DNA of 64,000 bases from a bacterium. Lineage in GTDB: Bacteria; Armatimonadota; Abditibacteriia; Abditibacteriales; Abditibacteriaceae. Where the stretch lies: contig SDZD01000022.1 in NCBI GenBank assembly GCA_004172935.1, forward strand, positions 6,195 through 70,194, in the 5' to 3' direction. A program made the translations under genes and the position numbers. Positions 1 to 8,733 of the stretch are shown one piece after another. How positions within the stretch are numbered: the first letter of the stretch is position 1; each line of letters starts with the position of its first letter. The notes under the pieces were generated by a model that worked only from the letters and a program-made list of their open reading frames with translations, had not been told where the DNA came from and ran no database searches.

Positions 1-1
1 C

Positions 2-634
2 GCCATTTTGTTTCCTGTCTTCGCCAGGGCACGCGAAAACGCCCGCCGCGCCTCCTGCCAAAGCAACATGAGACAGATTGGCTTAGCCAATTTGCAGTAT
101 GCGCAGGACTACGACGAGATTTACTGCGCTGCCTATCATTCCGGGCCATATGCCGCTTTTAATCAGCTGTTGCAGCCCTATGTCAAAAGCACTCAGGTCT
201 TTCGTTGCCCCAGTGATGCGGCGCCCGATTCGGCCATTTCCCCGACATGGAGTGCCTACAATGGCGTCGCTCCATTTCATACCAGTTATGCCGCTAACGT
301 TCGACTGGGGCGCGATAACGCTGAGCAACTCCACCTGGCGGCGGTGGCGCAACCCGCGACGACGGTATTTTTTACCGATGCTGGTAGTCGGCCCGACGCC
401 AACGCTGCAACCAATCCGCAGACATGGCCCGCGAAAACGATGGCCACTCTACTTGATACCTGCGGTTACTCGCTGGTCAATGGAACTAATGTCGATTGGG
501 CTGGTCCCACTCCACGCCACTTGGAAACTTGCACCGTCGGTTTTGCCGATGGGCATGTGAAGGCGATGCGGACTGATAAGTTTTACGGGCCGACGCTGAA
601 CAACTGGCTTTATCCTGCTTTTGGTGGGAGTTAA
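2..634 (+). CDS. Prepilin-type N-terminal cleavage/methylation, DUF1559-like protein with H-X9-DG motif (5' end truncated by window)
   Basis: Reads [28 protein letters not shown]...QDYDE from base 2; C-terminal HLETCTVGFADGHVK. Confidence 0.9.
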   Translation, partial: AILFPVFARARENARRASCQSNMRQIGLANLQYAQDYDEIYCAAYHSGPYAAFNQLLQPYVKSTQVFRCPSDAAPDSAISPTWSAYNGVAPFHTSYAANVRLGRDNAEQLHLAAVAQPATTVFFTDAGSRPDANAATNPQTWPAKTMATLLDTCGYSLVNGTNVDWAGPTPRHLETCTVGFADGHVKAMRTDKFYGPTLNNWLYPAFGGS

Positions 635-657
635 CAAAGCGACAGAAAATCCCTTCC

Positions 658-3087
658 ATGACCATGACAGTCTCCAGAGCGACCAGTTTGTGCCTTGTTG
701 CTCTTAATTTTGCTCTATTCGCGCCCCGCCTTATGGCGGATGAATTCTTTGTCCAACCGACTGGTTCGGATAGTAACCCCGGCACGTTGAAAAAGCCGTT
801 TGCCACCCTGCAACGCGCGCAACAAGCGGTTCGGAAAATCGCGGGACGTAAGCCCGTTACCGTTTCTGTTCGTAGTGGTACCTACTATCTGTCGGATACG
901 CTTGTTCTCACGGCGCAGGATTCAGGAACGGCGAAGAACCCCGTGGTTTATCGCGCCTACCGCGATGAGAAACCAGTGATTAGTGGTGGGTCTCGCCTGA
1001 ACTTGAAATGGGAGCCTTACCAGAACGGTATTTTGAAGGCGGCTGTGCCCGCAGGAACCACGAGTGACCAGCTATTCGTGAATGGCGAACGCCAGATGAT
1101 GGCTCGCTATCCGAACTATAATCCCAACGAACGCATTTTCAACGGCTGGGCGCCCGACGCTTTTAGCCCCGAACGCGCCGCGCGTTGGGCCGACCCCAAA
1201 GGCGGCTTCATCCACGCGATGCACTCGCACATGTGGGGCGACTACCATTACGAAATTACGGGCAAGAAGGAATCGGGCGAAGTCACTTACATCGGTGGCT
1301 GGCAGAACAACCGCCAGATGGGAATGCACAGGGACTATCGCTTTGTAGAGAACATATTCGAGGAATTAGATGCCCCCGGCGAATGGTTTTTAAATTCCAA
1401 CACCAACACGCTCTATTTTTATCCCCCAGCGGGTCTCGACCTGTCCAAAGCAACCGTTGAATCAGTCCGCTTGCGCCATCTCATCGAATTGCGCGGTGAT
1501 AAGCAAAATCCGGTGCGCTTCGTTTCTTTTCGTGGGCTGACGTTTCGCCATGCGGCGCGCACCTTCATGGATAACAAGGAGCCGCTATTGCGCTCCGACT
1601 GGACGACCTATCGAGGCGGCGCCATCTTTTTCAATGGCGCGGAAGATTGCGCTCTCGAAGGTTGTTTCCTCGACCAGTTGGGCGGTAACTCGGTGTTCGT
1701 TAACAACTACAATCGTCGTATCGTGGTTCGGACTTGTCGTATCGAAGGCGGCGGTGCGGGAGGTGTCGTTTTTGTGGGCGATCCTAAAGCCGTCCGCAGC
1801 CCATTGTTCGAATACAACCAAGTCCAGACTTTGGAGAAAATCGACCTCACACCTGGCCCGAAAACCGACAATTATCCCGCCGATTGCATTGTGGACGATT
1901 GCCTGATTACGCGCACTGGCAGCGTCGAGAAGCAAACCGCGCCTGTTTCCATCGAGATGTCGCAGAGTGTCATGATAAGGCATTGCTCGATTTATGATGT
2001 GCCGCGCGCTGGTATCAATATCGGTTCGGGGGCGTGGGGAGGGCATGTTATCGAAGGGTGCGATGTGTTCGATACCGTCAAGGAGACTGGCGACCACGGT
2101 AGCTTCAACTCGTGGGGGCGCGACCGATTTTGGCGCCCGAACACCAAAGAAACCGATGAGTGGGTGAAGCAGGTTCCTTCGCTTCCACTACTGGATGTGA
2201 CTAAGCCAAACATACTCCATGATAACCGCTGGCGTTGTGATCATGGTTGGGACATCGACCTCGATGATGGTTCCTCGAACTACCACATCTACAACAACCT
2301 ATGTTTGAAGGGCGGGCTGAAAAACCGTGAAGGCTTCAACCGAGTTGTCGAAAACAATATTATTGTGGGGCAGGGCTACGACCCTCATGTCTGGTACGCC
2401 AACAGCCAGGACACCTTTCGCCATAACATCGTCAGCCGTGCCTATGGCCCAGCTCTGATGCATAGCCCGCCGTGGGGTAAAGAGATCGACTCGAATCTGC
2501 TGCAACGTGTCGGAACGACCACCTCCATTCCCGCCACCGATTTGCAGAAGCAAAGTGGGCGCGATGAGCATTCGATTGTTGCAGATGTGATGTTCGTTGA
2601 TCCAGGCAAAGGCGATTTTCGCGTCAAAGAAGGCTCACCTGCATTGGCTTTGGGCTTCAAGAACTTTGCGATGGATAAATTTGGGGTGCAAGACCCGGCG
2701 CTCAAAGCTATCGCGAAAACGCCGTTTACATCGGGGGAGCAAGTTGCCGATACAGGCCCGAAGCGCGACTCCACCATCTACAATTTTCTGGGCGCTAAAG
2801 TGCGCGATGTGATGGGGCAGGGGGAAATGTCGGCTTTAGGCACTGCGGGCGAAACCGGCGTTCTCCTGCTGGAAGTCGGCCCGCATCTCGGCGTCACGGA
2901 TGTACGGAAAAACGACGTGATTGTGGCGATCAATGGCCGAAAAACCGATGGCACCGCCGATTTGAAGCGCATACTTCCCGGCCTAAAAGTTGGGCAGGAC
3001 GTTCAAATCCAGATTACACGTACCCAGAAGCAAATCCCTCTGACTGTGCATATCACTGGCGCCATGCCACTAGGCGCTACACAGTAA
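658..3087 (+). CDS. Secreted right-handed beta-helix glycoside hydrolase-like protein (GH141-like) with C-terminal PDZ domain
   Basis: Signal peptide; FFVQPTGSDSNPGTLKKPFATLQRA start typical of beta-helix proteins; C-terminal GVLLLEV...DVIVAING PDZ pattern. Confidence 0.7.
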   Translation: MTMTVSRATSLCLVALNFALFAPRLMADEFFVQPTGSDSNPGTLKKPFATLQRAQQAVRKIAGRKPVTVSVRSGTYYLSDTLVLTAQDSGTAKNPVVYRAYRDEKPVISGGSRLNLKWEPYQNGILKAAVPAGTTSDQLFVNGERQMMARYPNYNPNERIFNGWAPDAFSPERAARWADPKGGFIHAMHSHMWGDYHYEITGKKESGEVTYIGGWQNNRQMGMHRDYRFVENIFEELDAPGEWFLNSNTNTLYFYPPAGLDLSKATVESVRLRHLIELRGDKQNPVRFVSFRGLTFRHAARTFMDNKEPLLRSDWTTYRGGAIFFNGAEDCALEGCFLDQLGGNSVFVNNYNRRIVVRTCRIEGGGAGGVVFVGDPKAVRSPLFEYNQVQTLEKIDLTPGPKTDNYPADCIVDDCLITRTGSVEKQTAPVSIEMSQSVMIRHCSIYDVPRAGINIGSGAWGGHVIEGCDVFDTVKETGDHGSFNSWGRDRFWRPNTKETDEWVKQVPSLPLLDVTKPNILHDNRWRCDHGWDIDLDDGSSNYHIYNNLCLKGGLKNREGFNRVVENNIIVGQGYDPHVWYANSQDTFRHNIVSRAYGPALMHSPPWGKEIDSNLLQRVGTTTSIPATDLQKQSGRDEHSIVADVMFVDPGKGDFRVKEGSPALALGFKNFAMDKFGVQDPALKAIAKTPFTSGEQVADTGPKRDSTIYNFLGAKVRDVMGQGEMSALGTAGETGVLLLEVGPHLGVTDVRKNDVIVAINGRKTDGTADLKRILPGLKVGQDVQIQITRTQKQIPLTVHITGAMPLGATQ

Positions 3088-3100
3088 CCAAGAGGCAAAT

Positions 3101-3140
3101 ACAGAAAATGGCCGCATGTGTATGCGGCCATTTTCTGTTG
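3101..3140. terminator. Bidirectional intrinsic terminator
   Basis: 17-bp perfect stem acagaaaatggccgcat/atgcggccattttctgt between convergent genes. Confidence 0.85.
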
Positions 3141-3176
3141 CAGGGGAAGAAATCAATGGCGGAATCTGTTGTCTGA

Positions 3177-4001
3177 CTAGCCTCGCTTGAAAGGGGCATT
3201 TTCTGTTGCTGTTTGCAGGGAGATGTCATTGAGTTCTCCCCATAATTCATCGACTTGGAAATTATCGGGCCAGTGTTCTTTGGCGAACCATCGGTCGATG
3301 GAAATAAGCGTTGTCGTGACTTCTTCGAAGAATGAGTCGATTATTTGGGCCTGCTTGGCCGAGTGGGGGCGACTATCGAAGTAAGCGCCTTTATCGAAGG
3401 TCTTTCCGACATTGGGGGCTATGGCGTGTAGGTGGGCAATGCGCTTGGAGTCGGCTTTGGCTTTTCGGCCCACTTGATTTAAGCGAGGGCTGATTGAATC
3501 AACGAGCCATTGGTATTCCCACAGCGTAATGAATTGGCGCACTGTGTTGCGGTCATACCACGGGCCTTCGATTGGATCTTTGATGTCGAGCATCAAGCTG
3601 ATGAAGTAGCCGCGTAAGTACCAGTAGTCATCGAAGGCAAAACGCAGCATTAATTCTTCTGATTCCGCTTTGAGTTGCTGTTCTTCCGTGGTGAGTGCTT
3701 GAACTTTGCGAGCTTGCCATGCATCGTGCAGCCAGATACCCGCAAAAATGCAGATGAAGAAGAGAGTGGTCCTGGCGGCGCCAAAGATGATCGCTACACA
3801 AACGAACTGTACCACCAGGGCAGGTATGTAGACCAACCAACACAAAAGATTTCTGGTGAGTTTGTTGGCGTGGAGGTCGGTGTGCCAAATGCTTGGTTGT
3901 TGGGGCGCTTCGATTTTACTCATGGCCTGTTCAAGAAAATATCTATTGAAACAGATGTCGCAATATTGATATAAAACTCTGCTCGTTAGCTTGCGCTCCA
4001 T
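3177..4001 (-). CDS. Hypothetical membrane protein (start may be ATG at 3923)
   Basis: 274-aa ORF with two hydrophobic segments; AT-richer than neighbours; no family recognised. Confidence 0.7.
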   Translation of the reverse strand: MERKLTSRVLYQYCDICFNRYFLEQAMSKIEAPQQPSIWHTDLHANKLTRNLLCWLVYIPALVVQFVCVAIIFGAARTTLFFICIFAGIWLHDAWQARKVQALTTEEQQLKAESEELMLRFAFDDYWYLRGYFISLMLDIKDPIEGPWYDRNTVRQFITLWEYQWLVDSISPRLNQVGRKAKADSKRIAHLHAIAPNVGKTFDKGAYFDSRPHSAKQAQIIDSFFEEVTTTLISIDRWFAKEHWPDNFQVDELWGELNDISLQTATENAPFKRG

Positions 4002-4166
4002 TTTATTTATCGAAGCCGAAATGAGCTTGGGAATGTTGCTAGGTGGGTTTGAGAACAGCTTTTCGAGGGGTATAATTCAACCGTTACAGTAGTTGCGGAG
4101 TATTAAAAATAGTCCGTTGGCTACCAGTTCTTCGCCGAAATTCTTTGGCAGTACCTCTGAATCACC

Positions 4167-4766
4167 ATGAAGATACCCACTCTTATTTTTGTTGGTCTCC
4201 TTGCATCGGGACTTCCCTCCTACGCACAAGCTACGGTTCCATCCGTCAAACCGGGCAATTTGCGTGTGCCGAAGGACATTGTGGTTACCCCCAGCTCCCC
4301 GAAGTTAGATGTCAAAAATACCACCACTGGTGGCCCCGTCTCGACAGATTTGATGACTAACCTGCAAAAGTTGAGCGATAAGGTTGAAGCGTTGGAAACG
4401 CAAAACGCCGATTTGAAGAAGCAAATCGCGTCTATACAGACCCAACTGGATAGAACCTCGAAAGACACGGCTCAAAACTCGAAAGACATGGTGCCCGTCA
4501 AGTTGTTGATTCCCGCGATGGATAAGGCGATAGGCAAAGTGAAAGATGACCTATCTTCATTCAAAACCGAATATGACGCGCATTCGCACAAGACAAACTT
4601 TAGCTACGAGTCATTCAAATTTTTGACGGAGACACCCAATAATAACAAAGGGAATTTTTACATCCCCTACATCTGGCTCAACAGCAAACCGAACTTGAGC
4701 CAGATCGAGAAGCAGCAAAGCGTGCAGCCCTATCTCAACAAGACGACTAATCCTGCGGGCAAATAA
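4167..4766 (+). CDS. Secreted hypothetical coiled-coil protein
   Basis: Signal peptide MKIPTLIFVGLLASGLPSYA; heptad-rich segment LQKLSDKVEALETQNADLKKQIASIQTQL. Confidence 0.75.
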   Translation: MKIPTLIFVGLLASGLPSYAQATVPSVKPGNLRVPKDIVVTPSSPKLDVKNTTTGGPVSTDLMTNLQKLSDKVEALETQNADLKKQIASIQTQLDRTSKDTAQNSKDMVPVKLLIPAMDKAIGKVKDDLSSFKTEYDAHSHKTNFSYESFKFLTETPNNNKGNFYIPYIWLNSKPNLSQIEKQQSVQPYLNKTTNPAGK

Positions 4767-4787
4767 AGCCTATCGTGAGATAACTTC

Positions 4788-4821
4788 GAGGGCCGCGCTA
4801 TTTGCCAATAGCGCGGCCCTC
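4788..4821. terminator. Bidirectional intrinsic terminator
   Basis: 15-bp stem gagggccgcgctatt/aatagcgcggccctc between convergent genes. Confidence 0.8.
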
Positions 4822-4827
4822 CGGTGT

Positions 4828-6225
4828 TTATTGGGGTTTGATGTTGATAACTTCGGGGGCGGTATAGCGGCGTTTGAGTTCGGCGACGGGGACTTTTTTC
4901 GGGCCTAAGTCGTCGGTCCACGAGGCGAAGTACAGCCACGAGACGCCGAAGCGTTTCATGCGGGCGATGTCGGGGACGCCGCCAACTTCGCAGAGGGCGA
5001 TGGGTTTCTTGCCGTCGTATTGGGCTTTGAGAGCGTCGAACTGGCCCGCGAGTGAGTCGCGACTATCTTCGGGGTAGATGTCGGTGCCGACTATATCCAC
5101 ATAGGAATCGCCGGGATACCATGAGGCTTTGGCATCGCCCGCCCATGTCCAGATGAGGTTGTGTAAGCGGTGCCTTATGGTGAGGCGCTCATACATCATG
5201 CGCCACAGGCTCTTGAAACTTTCGGGGCCTTTGGCGCCCCACCAGAACCAGGCGCCAGGAGCTTCGTGTAGTGGACGCCACAGCACGGGGATACCTGCGT
5301 CCTGATATTTCTTCAGTTCGACGGCGATGGCGTCGATGTCGCGTCGCAGTAATCGGGCGTCGAGGCCGTTGGGGTTGGCGAGGGTCTTTTGCAGGTCGAA
5401 TCGAGTGGCATCTGCGTCGAAACCGCGCCACCACGGGGCTTCGACGGCTTTGCCCTCATCGTTTGTGTAGGTGCCGTCGATGAGGCCTGAAGGGGCGTTC
5501 CAGTGCCATGTCAGGGTGAGAATTTGTCCGGTCTTTTTGATGCGAGCGATGGCGGCTTCGGTTTGGCCGTTGGGGTTGGCACCGTGTTCACGGCGCGAAG
5601 GCGAATATTCGACCAGATCGGTGCCATAGACGGAGGGCAATACACCGACTTGTTGACGGATGTAGTTGGTATCTGGTGTGTCGAATTGCCCCGACAGGGT
5701 TTTGCTGCCGTAGTTGCGTAGCAAACGGGCATAGAGTGCGCGTGTCGCGGGTGTTGCACTGGAATCGACCAGAGTGGTGGGGACCGGCTTAAGAGGCGCG
5801 TTGACGGCGGGAGATAGTTCGATAGCGTCGAGCATAAAGTAGCCCCAGCCGCGCTCGATGGAGATGGTGTTGGTGGTGGCTTTAAGCTCGATTTTGCCTG
5901 CGTTGTGCCACGTAAACGGCTTGGATGGTTCGAACTGCCCACTGCTACCGACGCCATTGACTTTGAAATCGAAGCCTTTTTCGCCATAAGGCGAACTATA
6001 GCGAATACGCAAACGATAAATGCCCGCTTTGACTGGAGGGATTTTAAACGTGACGCGCGCAGCGTCATCGGCGAAGTCACCGACGTAGCCGCGGCCCGAA
6101 AAGCCGCCGGTTTCGGTTTGGACTTCGCCTTTTTCGATTTGGCCGTTTTCGGCTTCGAGGCGTATGGTTTGGGCGTGAGCCGCCGAGATGAGGGCCAGCG
6201 CGCCCGCTATGAGGAAGAGTTTCAT
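4828..6225 (-). CDS. GH26 beta-mannanase-like enzyme with N-terminal CBM35-like module
   Basis: Start reassigned to MKLFLIAGALALISAAHAQ (ATGA overlap with upstream stop); WRPLHE, DIVGTDIY and ALCEVG GH26 motifs; LEAENG CBM start. Confidence 0.9.
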   Translation of the reverse strand: MKLFLIAGALALISAAHAQTIRLEAENGQIEKGEVQTETGGFSGRGYVGDFADDAARVTFKIPPVKAGIYRLRIRYSSPYGEKGFDFKVNGVGSSGQFEPSKPFTWHNAGKIELKATTNTISIERGWGYFMLDAIELSPAVNAPLKPVPTTLVDSSATPATRALYARLLRNYGSKTLSGQFDTPDTNYIRQQVGVLPSVYGTDLVEYSPSRREHGANPNGQTEAAIARIKKTGQILTLTWHWNAPSGLIDGTYTNDEGKAVEAPWWRGFDADATRFDLQKTLANPNGLDARLLRRDIDAIAVELKKYQDAGIPVLWRPLHEAPGAWFWWGAKGPESFKSLWRMMYERLTIRHRLHNLIWTWAGDAKASWYPGDSYVDIVGTDIYPEDSRDSLAGQFDALKAQYDGKKPIALCEVGGVPDIARMKRFGVSWLYFASWTDDLGPKKVPVAELKRRYTAPEVINIKPQ

Positions 6226-6926
6226 GGTGACAACTTTGACATAATCGTCGCAGTGAGGTAACGCCTCGCCAACAGCGATTGTACTCCGACGCAAAGCAAC
6301 GAGGCATAGACCACGATTTTTTGGCCGACAGCTTGAATCATGAGACCCTGAGTTGAGTTGGGGTAGGGGCCTTTGGTGAGTAGGGCTAAGTACGCGAGGA
6401 GAACAGCGAGAAAGGCCGCGAAGACCCATGCACCTCGTTTGGGATAGATGCGGCCCAGTAGCATGGCAATGATGAAAGCAAGTACCGAAATAGGGAAGCA
6501 TTTGAAGGCTCCGAAAACGTGGGCAACATGCTCTTTGGGGTAATAGTTGGCGCGATAGAAGGCGATGCCAATGAAGTTATAGGCGGTGAGGAGGCCAAAC
6601 AACACTGCTGTTGTGGTTGCGACACGCTGAGCTAAGCCTCCCCAGAAGAAGCGGGCGAAAGTGATGGTGAAAACAACCAGTGCGAGGCCCGCACTCGAAA
6701 GCGCGACGAAAAATAGTGCTGCGCCAAAATCGTTGGGTTTGTTGCTGCCACGCGCGATGGGGCGCCCTAAATCGGAGAAGAAGTTCTCGAAGAAGTGGTA
6801 GCTGGTGGCATGGGGATCGAGCGTGGTGCCGCCGGGATAGAGAGCCATTGCGCCGAGCGTCAAAAAGACGAAGGCGCAGCAAATCAGAATGACGAAATCG
6901 AAGGGCCAGGTAGCGCGCTTCAGCAT
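6222..6926 (-). CDS. Multi-pass membrane protein, DUF998-like
   Basis: About six TM segments; YHFFENFFSDLG motif; overlaps both neighbours. Confidence 0.65.
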   Translation of the reverse strand: MLKRATWPFDFVILICCAFVFLTLGAMALYPGGTTLDPHATSYHFFENFFSDLGRPIARGSNKPNDFGAALFFVALSSAGLALVVFTITFARFFWGGLAQRVATTTAVLFGLLTAYNFIGIAFYRANYYPKEHVAHVFGAFKCFPISVLAFIIAMLLGRIYPKRGAWVFAAFLAVLLAYLALLTKGPYPNSTQGLMIQAVGQKIVVYASLLCVGVQSLLARRYLTATIMSKLSP

Positions 6927-7651
6927 TTTTCTATGCCCCATATCTCGACATCGACGCCGGGAGAGAACAACACATGCGGTTGCTGGGCCGGACGCTCGAA
7001 GCCCGCCGCTTGCAAACAGCTTTCACGCAACGAACCGACCTGAGCTGTGCCCACTTTGTAGGGTTCGTGGAAAACGCGCCCGCGAAACAGTTGGTTGCCG
7101 CGCTTTGAATAAAGCACATAGCGCTCGACTAAAAATTCTTCGAGGCTATTGGGTTCGCAGGCTTGCTGGGGGCCAGTGGGTTGGTAGCGAACGCGACAGG
7201 TGGCCTCGAAGGGGGCCGGCCACAGGCGCTTCGACCAGTAATCGAAACCGGCGGCTGTTTCATGTACGCGCATTCGGGCCTTGAAATAAGGCAGGTTAAA
7301 CCATAGTCTCGCGGTGATAACGGCGAGGCTGGAGGCGGCATCGAGTGAGAAGAACCACACGCCGGGGACGCCATCGCGCACGACATAGGTACGCACGTTT
7401 AGTTCGGGGAAGCGCGAATGGAAATGGCCGTACTGTTTTAGGTCGGGAATGAAGTGGGGGCGCACTTCGGCCATTTGAAATGGCACTAACCCGACATAAG
7501 CGCGCCCTTCATAGAGGTCGAGTTCGAGGCCAGCGGGCAGGAGCTTTTGCACGGCTTCGGGGGCGAACTCCCAATGGAGGAACAACAGGTTGCTCCACTG
7601 GGGACGCATGACAACCGTACCTTCAGGGCGAAAGCGGGAGACGCGGCTCAT
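6920..7651 (-). CDS. YqjF/DUF2071 family protein
   Basis: QWSNLLFLHW...LPAGLELDLYEGRAYVGLVPF, ELNVRTYV, FFSLDA. Confidence 0.9.
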   Translation of the reverse strand: MSRVSRFRPEGTVVMRPQWSNLLFLHWEFAPEAVQKLLPAGLELDLYEGRAYVGLVPFQMAEVRPHFIPDLKQYGHFHSRFPELNVRTYVVRDGVPGVWFFSLDAASSLAVITARLWFNLPYFKARMRVHETAAGFDYWSKRLWPAPFEATCRVRYQPTGPQQACEPNSLEEFLVERYVLYSKRGNQLFRGRVFHEPYKVGTAQVGSLRESCLQAAGFERPAQQPHVLFSPGVDVEIWGIEKC

Positions 7652-8004
7652 GGGTCAAATTTCGCCGCCAATTTCGAGAAGAAGGGGCGGTTGTTGGCGA
7701 CGATGTAATAACCCAATTCTACGAAGGGAAAGAATATAGGCCACTCGCCCATGCGGGCCAGTCGGTTCCAGCGTGTGAATCGTCCCAGAAAAAGGGCCGC
7801 GCGTCCACTTTTGAGAATTTCCCCATTCGCCTTGATGACGTGGATGGCTCGCGAGCAGGCTTCGCGCAGTTCGGGGCTTAAATCGGCTTCCTGATAGGGG
7901 CAGAATTCTAATGAATCGTAGCGCGAATGTTTACGCAACCACACAATACAGCGTCGGCAGAAGCCACATTCGCCGTCCCATAATACCAGATGTTTCTTAG
8001 GCAT
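7648..8004 (-). CDS. DCC-family thiol-disulfide oxidoreductase (DUF393)
   Basis: N-terminal DGECGFC (DxxCxxC) motif; YYIVANNR C-terminal motif. Confidence 0.9.
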   Translation of the reverse strand: MPKKHLVLWDGECGFCRRCIVWLRKHSRYDSLEFCPYQEADLSPELREACSRAIHVIKANGEILKSGRAALFLGRFTRWNRLARMGEWPIFFPFVELGYYIVANNRPFFSKLAAKFDP

Positions 8005-8018
8005 TTAAAATCTAATGT

Positions 8019-8501
8019 ATGGATAAGTCCAAGTTGATTGCCATCGCAGTTCTCGTTATTGGTATTGGTTGCATTGCCCTTTTCAAAGAGAAGCCTCCGA
8101 CACCCGAAGGAGAGCATTCGGATGAACCTGCTGCGCAGAGTACACCCGATTTTGATGTTGTAGGCGGCATCACCAAGTTACAAGTTGTTGACGAACGCAA
8201 AGGAACAGGCACCATTGCTAAAAAAGGCGATATGGTCGCCGTGAATTATCGCGGCACATTGTTGAACGGCAAAATGTTCGACCAGTCGTACGGCAAAGCG
8301 CCTTTCATTTTCCCTTTGGGAGCTGGAAAGGTCATCAAGGGCTGGGATGAGGGCGTGGCTGGAATGCGTGTTGGCGGCAAGCGCAAGCTAACTATTCCCG
8401 CGAGTTTGGGCTATGGAGATAAAGGCGCCGGAGCGGATATTCCGCCCAACGCGACGCTTAAGTTCGATGTCGAACTGATGAAGGTTAACGGCAAAGGCTG
8501 A
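8019..8501 (+). CDS. FKBP-type peptidyl-prolyl cis-trans isomerase with N-terminal membrane anchor
   Basis: VNYRGTLLNGKMFDQS, VIKGWDEGVAGMRVGGKRKLTIPASLGYG, IPPNATLKFDVEL. Confidence 0.97.
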   Translation: MDKSKLIAIAVLVIGIGCIALFKEKPPTPEGEHSDEPAAQSTPDFDVVGGITKLQVVDERKGTGTIAKKGDMVAVNYRGTLLNGKMFDQSYGKAPFIFPLGAGKVIKGWDEGVAGMRVGGKRKLTIPASLGYGDKGAGADIPPNATLKFDVELMKVNGKG

Positions 8502-8616
8502 GCGAAAAATTGAGAAATTAGGAAAACGTAAAAGTATTTTTACAAAATGGGTTGTACTGGCGCGTAAATAGGGCTAAACGTGGGTTAACAGGGTTTTGAA
8601 TTAACAAAGTCCGCCA

Positions 8617-8720
8617 CCGCACCTCACAAATCGCAATTTTTTGAAGGCCACCGACTTCGCACATGAAACGCACGGCGCGTTTCTCCGCGAAGTCGGTGGC
8701 TTTTGCGTTTTGTGGTGCGG
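8617..8720 (+). promoter_or_regulatory. Long nested hairpin in the leader of the ABC transporter gene
   Basis: 14-bp stem gccaccgacttcgc/gcgaagtcggtggc followed by tttt, inner stem gaaacgc/gcgtttc, outer arms ccgcacc/ggtgcgg. Confidence 0.5.
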
Positions 8721-8733
8721 GAAATTACCGATT

